Assembly (NCBI GenBank): GCA_964411375.1
Contig: CAYPKR010000001.1
Location: forward strand, 168,227 to 232,226
Reading direction: 5' to 3'
From: an uncultured Candidatus Saccharibacteria bacterium
GTDB taxonomy: Bacteria > Patescibacteriota > Minisyncoccia > Phycocordibacterales > UBA12088
DNA length: 64,000 nucleotides
Shown here: piece by piece, positions 9,493-20,132 of the stretch
Layout: every line of letters begins with the position of its first letter
Position numbering within the stretch: position 1 is the first letter of the stretch
Position numbers and translations under genes: made by a program
The notes under the pieces: model-generated
What the model was told of the DNA's origin: nothing
The model's input: only the letters and a program-made list of their open reading frames with translations
The model's database searches: none

Positions 9493-9532
9493 TCCCCATA
9501 GCAACAACGTACGAAACCTTGCGAGGTGAGGA

Positions 9533-9739
9533 ATGGAACGTAACCAGCAACGCTTTTATGCGACGGTTGTGACGGTTATTTTTGGCCTCATCGCCTTCCT
9601 GTTTGGAGAACACCCGTCCCTTCCATGGCGCCAGCAGGCCAGTTTACAGGGGATCACTTTCTACCAACTCAATCAGGTTCCGACGCAAGCCGTCGGACCA
9701 ATCCTCTTCGGCGCTCTAGTTGAACTTTCAAAGTCATGA
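9533..9739 (+). CDS. hypothetical small membrane protein (68 aa)
   Basis: Upstream promoter, a GAGGTGAGGA SD, and a downstream terminator hairpin (agagccgcc...ggcggctct around 9753-9785). One TM helix. Confidence 0.45.
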   Translation: MERNQQRFYATVVTVIFGLIAFLFGEHPSLPWRQQASLQGITFYQLNQVPTQAVGPILFGALVELSKS

Positions 9740-9807
9740 GGAGCCCCCACAAAGAGCCGCCACACCCCAGGGTGTTGGCGGCTCTACTCATTTTCTCCCC
9801 CAATTTC

Positions 9808-9836
9808 TTGCCTTTTTATAAGGGGCATAGTACAGT
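9808..9836 (+). promoter_or_regulatory. candidate promoter of rpsL (TTGCCT-17-TACAGT)
   Basis: ttgcct, then ttttataaggggcatag, then tacagt. Confidence 0.35.
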
Positions 9837-9872
9837 ATCCGGCGTGGGCAATTCGCCCGTTTTTTATATCAA

Positions 9873-10283
9873 ATGGCAACCATCAATCAGCTGGTCAAAA
9901 AGAATCGCAAGAAAACCGCCCGCAAATCAAAGACGGTTGTTCTTGGACGTGGTTTTAATACACTTGAAAATCGCCCAACCTTTTACCCATCTCCATTCAA
10001 GCGCGGCGTCTGCACGAAAGTAACGACGAAGACTCCTCGCAAACCAAACTCTGCTATCCGAAAGATTGCTCGCGTTCGTCTTACGAACGGTATGGAAGTC
10101 ACTGCATACATTCCAGGAATGGGGCACAATTTGCAGGAACACTCAGTTGTACTTCTTCGCGGTGGCCGTGTGAAGGACATCGGAGTGCGCTACACTATCG
10201 TTCGCGGTAAACTCGATGCGACTGGTGTTGCCAACCGCAATACTTCTCGTTCAACCTACGGCGCAAAGCGTCCAAAGAAATAA
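9873..10283 (+). CDS. rpsL: 30S ribosomal protein S12
   Basis: [10 protein letters not shown]...PKKPNSA.RK...VRL.NG. Canonical uS12. Confidence 0.92.
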   Translation: MATINQLVKKNRKKTARKSKTVVLGRGFNTLENRPTFYPSPFKRGVCTKVTTKTPRKPNSAIRKIARVRLTNGMEVTAYIPGMGHNLQEHSVVLLRGGRVKDIGVRYTIVRGKLDATGVANRNTSRSTYGAKRPKK

Positions 10284-10298
10284 TAATCATTTGTAGAT

Positions 10299-10763
10299 AT
10301 GCGACGTCCGCTCAAGAAAAAGAATACGATCATCCCTGATGCGACTTACGGTTCGGAAAAAATTTCGAAGTTCATCAATGTGCTCATGTGGGATGGTAAG
10401 AAAGTTGCCGCTCGCAAGGCAGTATATGGTGCGCTCGACATCATCAAAGAAAGCGGTGCTGATCCTCTGGAAACATTTGAAACTGCACTTCGCAATGTCG
10501 GTCCGTCAGTTGAAGTTCGCTCACGCCGCGTTGGAGGTGCCAACTACCAGGTTCCTCGCGAAGTTCGTCCTGAACGAAGAAATGCGCTCGCAATTCGTTG
10601 GATAATTGCAGCCGTTCGCGCAAAGAAGGGAACACCAACTGCAAAATCACTCGCCGAAGAACTTACACTTGCTGCACAAAACGAAGGTGTTGCGGTAAAG
10701 AAGAAGGAAGATACGCACAAGATGGCAGAATCCAACCGCGCATTCGCACACTTCGCGTGGTAA
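10299..10763 (+). CDS. rpsG: 30S ribosomal protein S7
   Basis: uS7 family signature (GKK..A..I...AL.....G...ANYQVP.EV). Confidence 0.92.
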   Translation: MRRPLKKKNTIIPDATYGSEKISKFINVLMWDGKKVAARKAVYGALDIIKESGADPLETFETALRNVGPSVEVRSRRVGGANYQVPREVRPERRNALAIRWIIAAVRAKKGTPTAKSLAEELTLAAQNEGVAVKKKEDTHKMAESNRAFAHFAW

Positions 10764-10782
10764 TTTCAAAAAATTAAATCAA

Positions 10783-10813
10783 AACCAGCGCGGGCGAAGC
10801 CCGCGCTGGTTTT
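10783..10813. terminator. intrinsic terminator after rpsG (bidirectional)
   Basis: aaccagcgcgggc-gaa-gcccgcgctggtt flanked by A- and T-runs. Confidence 0.6.
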
Positions 10814-10873
10814 GATTTCAATATATAAAAAATAGAACGCCGGCCCGAACAAATCGGTACCGGCGCACAATCC

Positions 10874-11224
10874 CTAATTCCTTTTCAGCTTACTGGAGAT
10901 ATTTCCGAGTAGCTCTTCAACCGAGCGGAATCCATGCTCGGAAAGATCAACTTCCTCGTTGGTACACCACGCCTGACCAGTTTCATCGATAACCATTGTC
11001 ATCGCTGAATGAGGAAATCCGGGCACATTTATTCCTATAACACCGAACACCGGTTCTGGCGCTGTCGGGAACCGCTTTTCCTCGTCCGGGGGAATGACAG
11101 CCGGCTCCCCTCGGGTTCCATCTCTTGCGATGCGTGTGATGGTCAAGGGTTGGGTACGTCGTTCTACTTTTTGGAAGCCCATATCACGAAGGAAGCCGGC
11201 AAACTCGCTCTCTTTCGTTGGCAT
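10874..11224 (-). CDS. hypothetical protein inserted between rpsG and fusA, with weak HicB/UPF0150-like features in the C-terminal half
   Basis: 116 aa. The ...VPGFPH....G.SVEELLGNI pattern is reminiscent of HicB-like antitoxins. This is a weak resemblance. Confidence 0.3.
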   Translation of the reverse strand: MPTKESEFAGFLRDMGFQKVERRTQPLTITRIARDGTRGEPAVIPPDEEKRFPTAPEPVFGVIGINVPGFPHSAMTMVIDETGQAWCTNEEVDLSEHGFRSVEELLGNISSKLKRN

Positions 11225-11370
11225 TGAACACCTCTACCACCTGTTTCGCAGAGATCGTACCAAGCATCCTCCATGTTGTCTATTTTCAAAAAATACCGTA
11301 TAGTCCTCTCTACTAGCGCCACGCGCATTTTTATTTATCAAATAGCAGTTCGCCAATTATCATTATCTGT

Positions 11371-13521
11371 ATGGAAAGAGACTATCCACTAGACCGAGTA
11401 CGAAACTTCGGAATCATCGCCCACATCGACGCCGGAAAGACCACCACGTCTGAGCGCATTTTGTACTACACGGGTGAGTCTCATAAAATCGGCGAAGTGC
11501 ACGAAGGTGAAACCGTCACTGACTGGATGGAGCAGGAAAGAGAGCGCGGTATCACTATTACTGCTGCGGCAATTACCTGTTTCTGGACGAAGACGGACGT
11601 GGACGCAACTAATAAGGCGAACAAGCATCGCTTCAATATCATCGACACGCCGGGACACATCGACTTTACCGTTGAAGTGAAGCGCTCCCTTCGCGTTCTC
11701 GACGGCGCGGTTGTCGTATTCGACGGCGTTGCCGGCGTTGAGCCGCAGTCTGAAACAAACTGGCGCTACGCAGACGAAGCAAAAGTGCCACGCGTCTGTT
11801 TCATCAACAAGCTCGACCGAACCGGCGCATCATTCGAGCGCTCGTATCAGTCGATTCTCGATCGCCTCAACAAGAAAGCAGTTCGCATGCAGATTCCAAT
11901 CGGTGCAGAGGATCAGTTTGAAGGCGTCATCGACCTTCTCAAAATGAAGGCGTTCAAAAACGAAGGTGAGCTCGGCAAGAACGTTGTTGAATTTGAAATT
12001 CCTGAACACATGAAAGCAGAGGCGGAGAAATATCGCGCCGAACTCATTGAGCGAATCGTTGAACACGACGATGCGCAGATGAATGCATACCTCGAAGGGA
12101 AGGAGCCAACGATCGACGAGCTCAAAAAAACACTTCGCAAAGCAGTTATCGCCAATGATATTTTCCCGGTCTACACTGGTTCGGCTCTCAAAAACAAAGG
12201 CGTGCAGCTCGTGCTCGACGCGGTTGTTGATTATCTTCCGTCTCCTCTCGACATGCCGCCGGTTACCGGAATCAATCCAAAAGATGGAAGTCCAATCGAG
12301 CGCCATGCGTCAGATTCAGAACCATTTTCAGCGCTCGCATTCAAACTCCAAGCTGATCCATTCGTGGGACAACTTACATTCTTCCGCGTCTATTCCGGAT
12401 CGATTGAATCGGGTTCATATATTTACAACTCAACAACGGGCGACAAAGAACGACTCGGACGCATCGTACGCCTTCAAGCAAATGATCGCGAAGAAGTGAA
12501 GAAAGTATTTGCCGGAGAAATCGCAGCGGCAGTTGGTCTCAAAAATACCAAGACTTCGCACACACTTTGTGACGAAAACAATCCAATCATTCTCGAAGAG
12601 ATTGTCTTCCCAGAGCCGGTTGTGTCTCTCCGTATCGAACCGAAAACAAAAGCCGATCAGGAAAAAATGGGTATCGCGCTCAAGAAACTTTCTGACGAAG
12701 ACCCAACGTTCCGCGTTTCTTCTGATACTGAAACAATGGAAACGATCATCGCCGGAATGGGTGAACTTCATCTCGAAATTCTCGTTGATCGCATGAAGCG
12801 TGAATTCAATGTCGAAGCAAACGTCGGTAAGCCACAGGTTGCATACCGCGAAACAATTCAGCGCGAAGCAGAAGCAGAACACAAATACATTAAGCAAACG
12901 GGAGGTCGCGGTCAGTACGGTCACGTGAAGATCCGCATCAAACCGCTCGAACCGGAAGAGGAAGGAAAGAAGCGTCCAAACAACGTGAAGCGCGAAGATC
13001 ACTTCGAATTCATCAACAACATCAAGGGAGGTGTTATTCCACAGGAATATATTCCCGCAGTTGAAAAGGGCGTTAAAGAAGCGATGGAGCGCGGTATCGT
13101 TGCCGGCTACAAACTCGAAGATGTTTCCTGCGAACTTTTCGACGGTTCATACCACGATGTCGACTCATCTGAAATCGCCTTCAAGATCGCTGGTTCGCAA
13201 GCATTCCAAGATGCAGCAAAGAAAGCAGGCGCGGTCATTCTCGAACCAATCATGCGCGTTGAAGTTGTTATGCCAGAAAAATTCATGGGTGACGTAAACG
13301 GCAACCTTTCATCGAAGCGTGGACAGATCGAAGGAATGGAAGATCGCGGAATGCTCAAAGTCATCAAGGCAAAAGTACCGCTTTCTGAAATGTTCGGATA
13401 CACGACCGCACTTCGCTCGATGACTGAAGGCCGCGGATCGATGACAATGGAATTCGACCACTACGAAGTCGTTCCACGAAATGTGTCTGACACGATTGTT
13501 GCAGCAAGAGGAGGAAAATAA
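11371..13521 (+). CDS. fusA: elongation factor G
   Basis: [24 protein letters not shown]-domain motifs over 716 aa. Confidence 0.95.
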   Translation: MERDYPLDRVRNFGIIAHIDAGKTTTSERILYYTGESHKIGEVHEGETVTDWMEQERERGITITAAAITCFWTKTDVDATNKANKHRFNIIDTPGHIDFTVEVKRSLRVLDGAVVVFDGVAGVEPQSETNWRYADEAKVPRVCFINKLDRTGASFERSYQSILDRLNKKAVRMQIPIGAEDQFEGVIDLLKMKAFKNEGELGKNVVEFEIPEHMKAEAEKYRAELIERIVEHDDAQMNAYLEGKEPTIDELKKTLRKAVIANDIFPVYTGSALKNKGVQLVLDAVVDYLPSPLDMPPVTGINPKDGSPIERHASDSEPFSALAFKLQADPFVGQLTFFRVYSGSIESGSYIYNSTTGDKERLGRIVRLQANDREEVKKVFAGEIAAAVGLKNTKTSHTLCDENNPIILEEIVFPEPVVSLRIEPKTKADQEKMGIALKKLSDEDPTFRVSSDTETMETIIAGMGELHLEILVDRMKREFNVEANVGKPQVAYRETIQREAEAEHKYIKQTGGRGQYGHVKIRIKPLEPEEEGKKRPNNVKREDHFEFINNIKGGVIPQEYIPAVEKGVKEAMERGIVAGYKLEDVSCELFDGSYHDVDSSEIAFKIAGSQAFQDAAKKAGAVILEPIMRVEVVMPEKFMGDVNGNLSSKRGQIEGMEDRGMLKVIKAKVPLSEMFGYTTALRSMTEGRGSMTMEFDHYEVVPRNVSDTIVAARGGK

Positions 13522-13543
13522 TTAGGCTCTCAAAAATAAAAAC

Positions 13544-13576
13544 AAATCAGCCGCAGGCTTCGCCTGCGGCTGATTT
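13544..13576 (+). terminator. intrinsic terminator after fusA
   Basis: aaatcagccgcaggc-ttc-gcctgcggctgattt. Confidence 0.6.
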
Positions 13577-13650
13577 GTTGACACTCCCTGCCGATCGGCG
13601 CATGATCGTTTTCGGAATCAAACCAGTGCCCTGAATGGAGGGAAGCAAGC

Positions 13651-14394
13651 GTGCCTCAACAAAATCACTACTGCTTTACCGTCGAGTATCGCTCTGGCGG
13701 GTCGCCCACAAAAAGGCGCGGAATCAAGGTGATATCGAATGGATCAGGAGGACGTCGTATTGAAAGCTTCCCGAATGTGAGATGCATCGCAAATACGACT
13801 GACGATGGATTGATATTGCGCGGTACATTTACTCCGCAATCACGAGATGTCTTTCGAATTTCGAATCCTCTCGGTCCCGACACTGATCTACCGGTTATGT
13901 TCACGCTTCTTTTTGCGAGTGGAGTGTCTGAGGGCAATACGGAGGCAAGAAAGGGACAGGGAGTATGGTCCGAACTTAATTTCGACCCAGGAATGCGGGC
14001 CGAATTCGCTCGAAATGTACCAATGATTAGCTATTCATCTCGTCGCTATACCAGGTCGACGATCGATGGTCGACGGTGCGGGAAAATCCGTAGGATACCC
14101 ACACACGAACTCGTCACCCTAGCTGCTTCCAAAGAACTTTTTCTTGTGGATGTCGACAATGTTGTTTGGCGCGCTAAGTATAATGTTGCCACCGAAGATT
14201 TGGAGATTACGCCCGTAGAATTGCCTACAATTTTTCGGGAACTCGATAAGTTCCTTCAGGTGAGAGATCTTGCCGGGCCAGAATGCGATTGGGCTTCGCA
14301 TAACATCGCCACAATCAATCGTCACAAACCTCGTCTCCCCAGTATTCAACGACGTGGGGGCAGGATAATCGTAGAACATTTCTCAAGACGGTAA
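13651..14394 (+). CDS. hypothetical Arg-rich protein (GTG start) inserted between fusA and tuf
   Basis: A GGAGGGAAG SD lies 8 nt before the GTG, and a TTGACA -35 sits just upstream. A terminator lies at 14404-14435. No recognisable domain. Its arginine bias contrasts with the lysine-rich neighbours. Confidence 0.45.
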   Translation: MPQQNHYCFTVEYRSGGSPTKRRGIKVISNGSGGRRIESFPNVRCIANTTDDGLILRGTFTPQSRDVFRISNPLGPDTDLPVMFTLLFASGVSEGNTEARKGQGVWSELNFDPGMRAEFARNVPMISYSSRRYTRSTIDGRRCGKIRRIPTHELVTLAASKELFLVDVDNVVWRAKYNVATEDLEITPVELPTIFRELDKFLQVRDLAGPECDWASHNIATINRHKPRLPSIQRRGGRIIVEHFSRR

Positions 14395-14403
14395 CTGTGT
14401 CTT

Positions 14404-14435
14404 CCCGCCGAGCTTTGCTCGGCGGTTCACTTTTT
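14404..14435 (+). terminator. intrinsic terminator
   Basis: cccgccgagc-tttg-ctcggcgg followed by ttcactttttat. Confidence 0.55.
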
Positions 14436-14450
14436 ATATACAAAATCAAT

Positions 14451-14476
14451 TCGGCCGCCTCGTGAGAGGCGGCCGA
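14451..14476 (-). terminator. intrinsic terminator of the 14483-14839 minus-strand gene
   Basis: tcggccgcctc-gtga-gaggcggccga with a T-rich run on the minus strand. Confidence 0.5.
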
Positions 14477-14482
14477 CCCAGA

Positions 14483-14839
14483 TCAAGTGCCTGTATTGTT
14501 TGGACTTCTCCAAACATATCCGGCCGCTATATAGAGAGCTGCGGCGGGAATGAGCATTTTCGACGTTAATAGAAGGAAAAATACACATGCCGTCGCGATG
14601 TTGAAACCGAACGCGGCGAGAACAATGTGGTTTCTCGCAGAGCCGCCCTCACGTGCTGCACGCCCCATAGCCCACGCCCACGGTACCACCATGAAAAGTA
14701 ATCCCCCCATGCTCCATGCATAGAGCGACCACTCAAAAGGCAGCCATCTTGAGAAAAATGCTGCCCAGCACGTGATGCCAATTACCAGGCACAGAATTGC
14801 GAGAATGTACGGCAGATCCTCTTTCTTGGCCACGTCCAA
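14483..14839 (-). CDS. hypothetical polytopic membrane protein
   Basis: 118 aa with three or four hydrophobic helices. Confidence 0.5.
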   Translation of the reverse strand: MDVAKKEDLPYILAILCLVIGITCWAAFFSRWLPFEWSLYAWSMGGLLFMVVPWAWAMGRAAREGGSARNHIVLAAFGFNIATACVFFLLLTSKMLIPAAALYIAAGYVWRSPNNTGT

Positions 14840-14994
14840 TCAACTCCCTTGCTAGCGTTCGCCAAGTACCAGTGAAGCATACCGAGATAATTCCGTACAA
14901 TGATTCGTATCGGTTCTGACACGCATCCCCACCCTATCCACAAGGTATCCCCGAAAATCGGATACTGGATAATTCCACCCCCGAGGCATATTTA

Positions 14995-15023
14995 TTGACG
15001 GTTTAGTCACTTTCCGATATTAT
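14995..15023 (+). promoter_or_regulatory. sigma70-like promoter for tuf (TTGACG-17-TATTAT)
   Basis: ttgacg, then gtttagtcactttccga, then tattat, about 150 nt upstream of tuf. Confidence 0.45.
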
Positions 15024-15176
15024 CTCGCTACCGCATATTTTTGCGTCTTTTTTGTCATGGTGGTCACCGTGACGGGAAGAACAGACGAATTTTATTAATA
15101 GCAGTTCATTCCGGTATCGTCTCGAGTTGAGCCCATTCTCGCGCGCTCATACGGGACGCTACCGTTACACAAACAT

Positions 15177-16385
<1,209 letters not shown>

Positions 16386-16422
16386 ATTCAATCCTTAACG
16401 TAAGCCCTTTTACAAAACAATC

Positions 16423-16809
16423 ATGGCAACGAAAGAAACGACCAAAGCTCCGGCAAAACGAAAAGCCGCACCAAAGGTGGCGAAAGCTACCGCAGGAGGT
16501 GAAGTGTCAAAACTTCGCATCCGCGTGCGCGCCTATGAGCACAAATTGCTCGATGCATCTGTAAAGCAGATCATCGACACCGCGCTTCGCTTTGATGCCA
16601 CGATTGTGGGCCCGATTCCACTTCCGACTGAAATCAAGAAGTACACGGTGAACCGCGCGGCGTTCATTCACAAAGATGCGCGAGAACAATTTGAAATGCG
16701 CGTTCATAAGCGACTCATCGACATCTTGAATCCAAGTCCTAAAGTGATCGAATCTCTGACAAATCTCACACTTCCATCTGGCGTCAACATCGACGTAAAG
16801 ATGGTCTAG
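16423..16809 (+). CDS. rpsJ: 30S ribosomal protein S10 with an N-terminal Lys/Ala-rich extension
   Basis: The core IRIR..AYEH..LD.S...I..TA...GA...GPIPLPT... is uS10. Confidence 0.9.
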   Translation: MATKETTKAPAKRKAAPKVAKATAGGEVSKLRIRVRAYEHKLLDASVKQIIDTALRFDATIVGPIPLPTEIKKYTVNRAAFIHKDAREQFEMRVHKRLIDILNPSPKVIESLTNLTLPSGVNIDVKMV

Positions 16810-16825
16810 AGAAAAAATCAAAACA

Positions 16826-16855
16826 AAAATCCGGCCTCCGCCGGATTTTTGTTTT
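16826..16855. terminator. intrinsic terminator directly after rpsJ
   Basis: aaaaatccggc-ctcc-gccggatttttgtttt. Confidence 0.6.
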
Positions 16856-16875
16856 GAGAAATATAAAGAGAAATT

Positions 16876-16900
16876 CGCCGCAGGTCGAAGACCTGCGGCG
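16876..16900 (-). terminator. terminator of the 16908-17573 minus-strand gene
   Basis: cgccgcaggtc-gaa-gacctgcggcg with T-rich sequence on the minus strand. Confidence 0.5.
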
Positions 16901-16907
16901 ACATACA

Positions 16908-17573
16908 TCACGCCCTCTGGGGCCGGAATGGTTCCCGATTGTCGGGACGGTTCAAGACATATATCAAAAGAGCGAGAAGCAGAGCAAGACCCATCAAGAC
17001 AGAGCCTATGACGGGGGCAACTTGCCCGCGACGCTCTCCGTCCGAGTAGAAATCGAAGGTAAGATTTTCTCGGTCGAGGTGCACTTTCCCGACGTAACTG
17101 AAAAACATGTAGTCGGGTAGTAACGCCTTGGCGCTGATGTAGGTCGACATATTACCGGGCAACGTGACCAAGGAAACGTAGGTCACGGTCAGACGGCGAT
17201 TTTTTTCCACGCCATCGTTCGTGAGATCTACTGGACCATCAGTCCACCCATCCCAAAGAACCACAAACGACGGGACACCGTTTCCGACCCTTCGCTCAAA
17301 CTCCGCAGACGAAACTTCTACCGAGGGCGTGCCGTCTTTGAAAGAGAGCGCGCCGAGGACAGTCGATCTATCCGGTTTCCAGAGTTGTACATGTACTGGA
17401 TCTGGTACGGCACTTACGAGCCATGTGATAGCCATTGCTGCACCGAGTGCGAATATGAGTCCCGCCCATCGATAGGTTTCCCAGACGTACTTCAAGAAAT
17501 GCCGAATGGGTCTCCACTTAAACGTCATCATTTCAATTCCTTTCCGGAAGTTGAACCCACGCCACCGTACCAT
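16908..17573 (-). CDS. hypothetical membrane-anchored protein
   Basis: 221 aa with N- and C-terminal hydrophobic helices. No recognisable domain. Confidence 0.5.
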   Translation of the reverse strand: MVRWRGFNFRKGIEMMTFKWRPIRHFLKYVWETYRWAGLIFALGAAMAITWLVSAVPDPVHVQLWKPDRSTVLGALSFKDGTPSVEVSSAEFERRVGNGVPSFVVLWDGWTDGPVDLTNDGVEKNRRLTVTYVSLVTLPGNMSTYISAKALLPDYMFFSYVGKVHLDRENLTFDFYSDGERRGQVAPVIGSVLMGLALLLALLIYVLNRPDNREPFRPQRA

Positions 17574-17639
17574 TCACTCTATTTATTGTAAATAAATTCC
17601 TTCAGGAATACTTCATGAACAAAAAGGTACAATCGCCAG

Positions 17640-18104
17640 GTGCCTAAAAAACAAAAGAAGGCGATTTTTACGTTCTTTGCACCGCTTATTCTTACAATCA
17701 TCCGCTTCTATTACTATCTCTTTCGTCCACTCGGCGACAGCGTAAAGATCGTGATTCGCCACAATGGAAAAGTGCTGCTTATCCGCAATTCGTATGGCAT
17801 AAAGTTTTGGACGCTTCCGGGCGGGGGAGTGAAGAAAGGAGAAACGCTTGAAGAAGCGGCAATCCGCGAAACAAAAGAGGAAGTCGGAATTGAACTCTCC
17901 CCAAAGGATCTCAAACTCCGCGGCAGTGTCCGCTACTTTGCCGACTATCGCCGCACAACCGTGTGGGTATTTAAAGCTGAAGTAAAAAATCCAGGAATCT
18001 ACTTAGGCGGCGTCGAAATCGACGAAGCAAAATGGTTTGCTCCGAAAGCAATTCCGTTTATGCGCTCGCATCTTCTCACCAGATTTCTCCAGTTGGCGAA
18101 ATAA
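17640..18104 (+). CDS. NUDIX hydrolase (GTG start) with an N-terminal hydrophobic segment
   Basis: Nudix box GGGVKKGETLEEAAIRETKEEVGIE (GX5EX7REUXEEXGU). Confidence 0.8.
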   Translation: MPKKQKKAIFTFFAPLILTIIRFYYYLFRPLGDSVKIVIRHNGKVLLIRNSYGIKFWTLPGGGVKKGETLEEAAIRETKEEVGIELSPKDLKLRGSVRYFADYRRTTVWVFKAEVKNPGIYLGGVEIDEAKWFAPKAIPFMRSHLLTRFLQLAK

Positions 18105-18131
18105 TAGAAGTAGGAGTAGTATTTTCCTGCC

Positions 18132-19181
18132 ATGAAGAAAATCACCACAACAAAGATCGGCCGTGATTTTGCTGAATCGAATTTTGTTTTACTACACGAA
18201 ACTCCTGAAACGCTCCTTTTCTTCAAACCCGAAATTCATCCCGGGGGAGTCAGGGGGTATTTAGTAAGATTCAAAAAAGAGCGAAGCAAAGATTGGAGTC
18301 AGTTGGGGCCTTCCGACTTTGAAAAGGTAACTCTCTCTCCGAATACAAAAATTGAGCTGGACATGCATACAGAGGCGATTACCCGTTTGTGCCAGACAAT
18401 TGAGGAACATTCTAAAATCATCGAACAGGGAATTAAAAGTGGTCGAAAGGAATATGTGGTCGCAGAAAAAGAGAAAGTCATCATAGTCGATGATGCAACA
18501 AAAAAAGTAATTTTCGAAAAAATTCTACAAAAAGGATATACAGAGGAATTTTGGGATCTTCTCGAAAAAAGCGAACCAGAACTGGCAACCCATCTTTCTG
18601 TCGGACACCTCTATTCCGAGAAAATAAAAATCCTGGAAGAATTATCCTATCGGCTTCAAGGTAATTACTCGGAAACAACCGGCTCGGATTCTTGGCAACG
18701 ATGGATTTATAAAAATAATTGGCTCTTCGGTACCAATTACATTCAGGTAATAGAGAAGACAAAAATTAGTCTTGCGGGAAGTATGCCGGACTACCTCTTC
18801 CTCACCGCAGATAGTTTCGCCGATATTCTCGAAATCAAATTACCAGAAGAAGAGGTTATTGTTGAAGATAAAGGTCATGCAGGTGCATACAAATGGTGCC
18901 CTAAAACCAATGAAGCAATTGGGCAGGTGGTGAACTATCTTGCAGCTATCGACAGACTTCAAACTGAGTTAGAAAAAGAGATTCGCAGAGTATATGGATT
19001 CAGCGTGTCATTCGTCAAACCGCGAGGTTTTATTCTTGTCGGAAGAAAAGATGGTTGGAACGAGTTTAAAAAGGAGGCACTCCGCAATCTAAATTACTCG
19101 TTACACGGTATCGAAGTATTAACGTATACAGATTTAATGCAGCGGGGGAATGAGATAGCGAAGATGTATAAGACTACTTGA
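18132..19181 (+). CDS. Shedu-like / DUF4263-type PD-(D/E)xK nuclease (putative anti-phage defence protein)
   Basis: The C-terminal region has PDYLFLTADSFADILEIKLP (PD...ExK) followed by QVVNYL (Q..Y). It sits 27 nt after the NUDIX gene, is visibly more AT-rich than the neighbouring ribosomal genes, and has its own downstream terminator. The family assignment is by motif recall, not by search. Confidence 0.5.
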   Translation: MKKITTTKIGRDFAESNFVLLHETPETLLFFKPEIHPGGVRGYLVRFKKERSKDWSQLGPSDFEKVTLSPNTKIELDMHTEAITRLCQTIEEHSKIIEQGIKSGRKEYVVAEKEKVIIVDDATKKVIFEKILQKGYTEEFWDLLEKSEPELATHLSVGHLYSEKIKILEELSYRLQGNYSETTGSDSWQRWIYKNNWLFGTNYIQVIEKTKISLAGSMPDYLFLTADSFADILEIKLPEEEVIVEDKGHAGAYKWCPKTNEAIGQVVNYLAAIDRLQTELEKEIRRVYGFSVSFVKPRGFILVGRKDGWNEFKKEALRNLNYSLHGIEVLTYTDLMQRGNEIAKMYKTT

Positions 19182-19330
19182 TACTTTGTTCGAAGCCTAC
19201 CACCGCAGTTGCATCTTTTTGACCCTTCCGGTATATTCCTTTGCGGAACGGTGCTTCCATTGGTCCTTTCAGGTTCGAGCGAGCTTGGCCGTGAGACGGG
19301 CCTGGTTGTCCAGTGAGGCTCCCTATTCCG

Positions 19331-19365
19331 CCCCTCGGCGACGCTAACGCGCGCTGAGGGGTCTT
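19331..19365 (+). terminator. terminator-like hairpin after the Shedu-like gene
   Basis: cccctc...gagggg stem followed by tcttactttctt. Confidence 0.35.
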
Positions 19366-19371
19366 ACTTTC

Positions 19372-19400
19372 TTGCACAAAATCCGCTCTTCCTGTATAGT
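19372..19400 (+). promoter_or_regulatory. sigma70-like promoter for rplC (TTGCAC-17-TATAGT)
   Basis: ttgcac, then aaaatccgctcttcctg, then tatagt. Confidence 0.45.
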
Positions 19401-19506
19401 CCTATCACTTCCAGTTTCGGAAGACGCCACGTCCCCATAGGGACCAATGGACAGAACGCCTCAAGGGCTTCGTCCTTGGAGGCATTTTTCATACCAAAAC
19501 TTCCAA
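19401..19506 (+). promoter_or_regulatory. structured 5' leader of the rplC-rplB unit, a possible ribosomal-protein autoregulatory attenuator
   Basis: Three successive hairpins (cttcc-agtttc-ggaag; gtccc-cata-gggac; gcctcaagg-gcttcgt-ccttggaggc). The last is followed by ATTTTTCAT just before the rplC ATG. Confidence 0.3.
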
Positions 19507-20127
19507 ATGAAATTCATCCTTGGAACAAAAGAAGAAATGACCCAGATCTTCGATGAGAAGGGCGTTGTGCATGCGGGCACTATCGTGAACGCAGGTCCGG
19601 TTGTTGTGACCCAAGTTAAGACGGCAGATAAGGATGGCTATGAGTCAGTCCAGGTTGGCTTCGGTCTCCGCAAGGAAACCCGCACCAACAAGGCGATGAA
19701 AGGTCACCTCAAGGATCTTGAACTCTTCCGTACTCTCAAGGAATTCCGCGGCGCAGACAGCGCCCTCTCTCGTGGCGACAAAATCGACGTTTCTATATTC
19801 AAAGCAGGCGATGTTATCGAAGTTTCTGCTACTTCAAAGGGTAAGGGCTTCCAGGGAGTCGTGAAGCGCCATGGTTTTTCTGGCGGTCCGCGCTCACACG
19901 GTCAGAAGCACTCTGAACGCGAGCCGGGTTCTATCGGCGGTGCTGCACGTGCCGGCGGTCGTGTTGCAAAAGGTATGCGCATGGGTGGCCGCATGGGATC
20001 AGATCGTGTAACGGTCAAGAATCTCAAGGTGCTTCATGTTGATGCAGAAAAAGGACTTCTTATTGTTTCCGGTGCGGTTCCTGGTCGTCGCGGCACCTTG
20101 GTTGAAATCGTCTCGAACAATAAATAA
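19507..20127 (+). CDS. rplC: 50S ribosomal protein L3
   Basis: MKFILGTKEEMTQIFDEKG...VTQVK. The start was set at the conserved uL3 N-terminus; the annotated ORF extends upstream into the leader. Confidence 0.92.
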   Translation: MKFILGTKEEMTQIFDEKGVVHAGTIVNAGPVVVTQVKTADKDGYESVQVGFGLRKETRTNKAMKGHLKDLELFRTLKEFRGADSALSRGDKIDVSIFKAGDVIEVSATSKGKGFQGVVKRHGFSGGPRSHGQKHSEREPGSIGGAARAGGRVAKGMRMGGRMGSDRVTVKNLKVLHVDAEKGLLIVSGAVPGRRGTLVEIVSNNK

Positions 20128-20132
20128 ACACC

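Noticed and set aside
11389-13403. Many overlapping or antisense ORFs of 60-190 aa inside fusA. The same occurs inside ftsH (39641-40798), tuf, recG, pyrC and comEC.
   Set aside because: They overlap strongly supported conserved genes, have low-complexity translations, and are the usual antisense open frames of GC-moderate DNA.
19174-19377. 67-aa minus-strand ORF downstream of the Shedu-like gene.
   Set aside because: It spans a terminator hairpin and the rplC promoter. Gly/Pro/Arg-rich translation typical of a spurious GC-rich frame.
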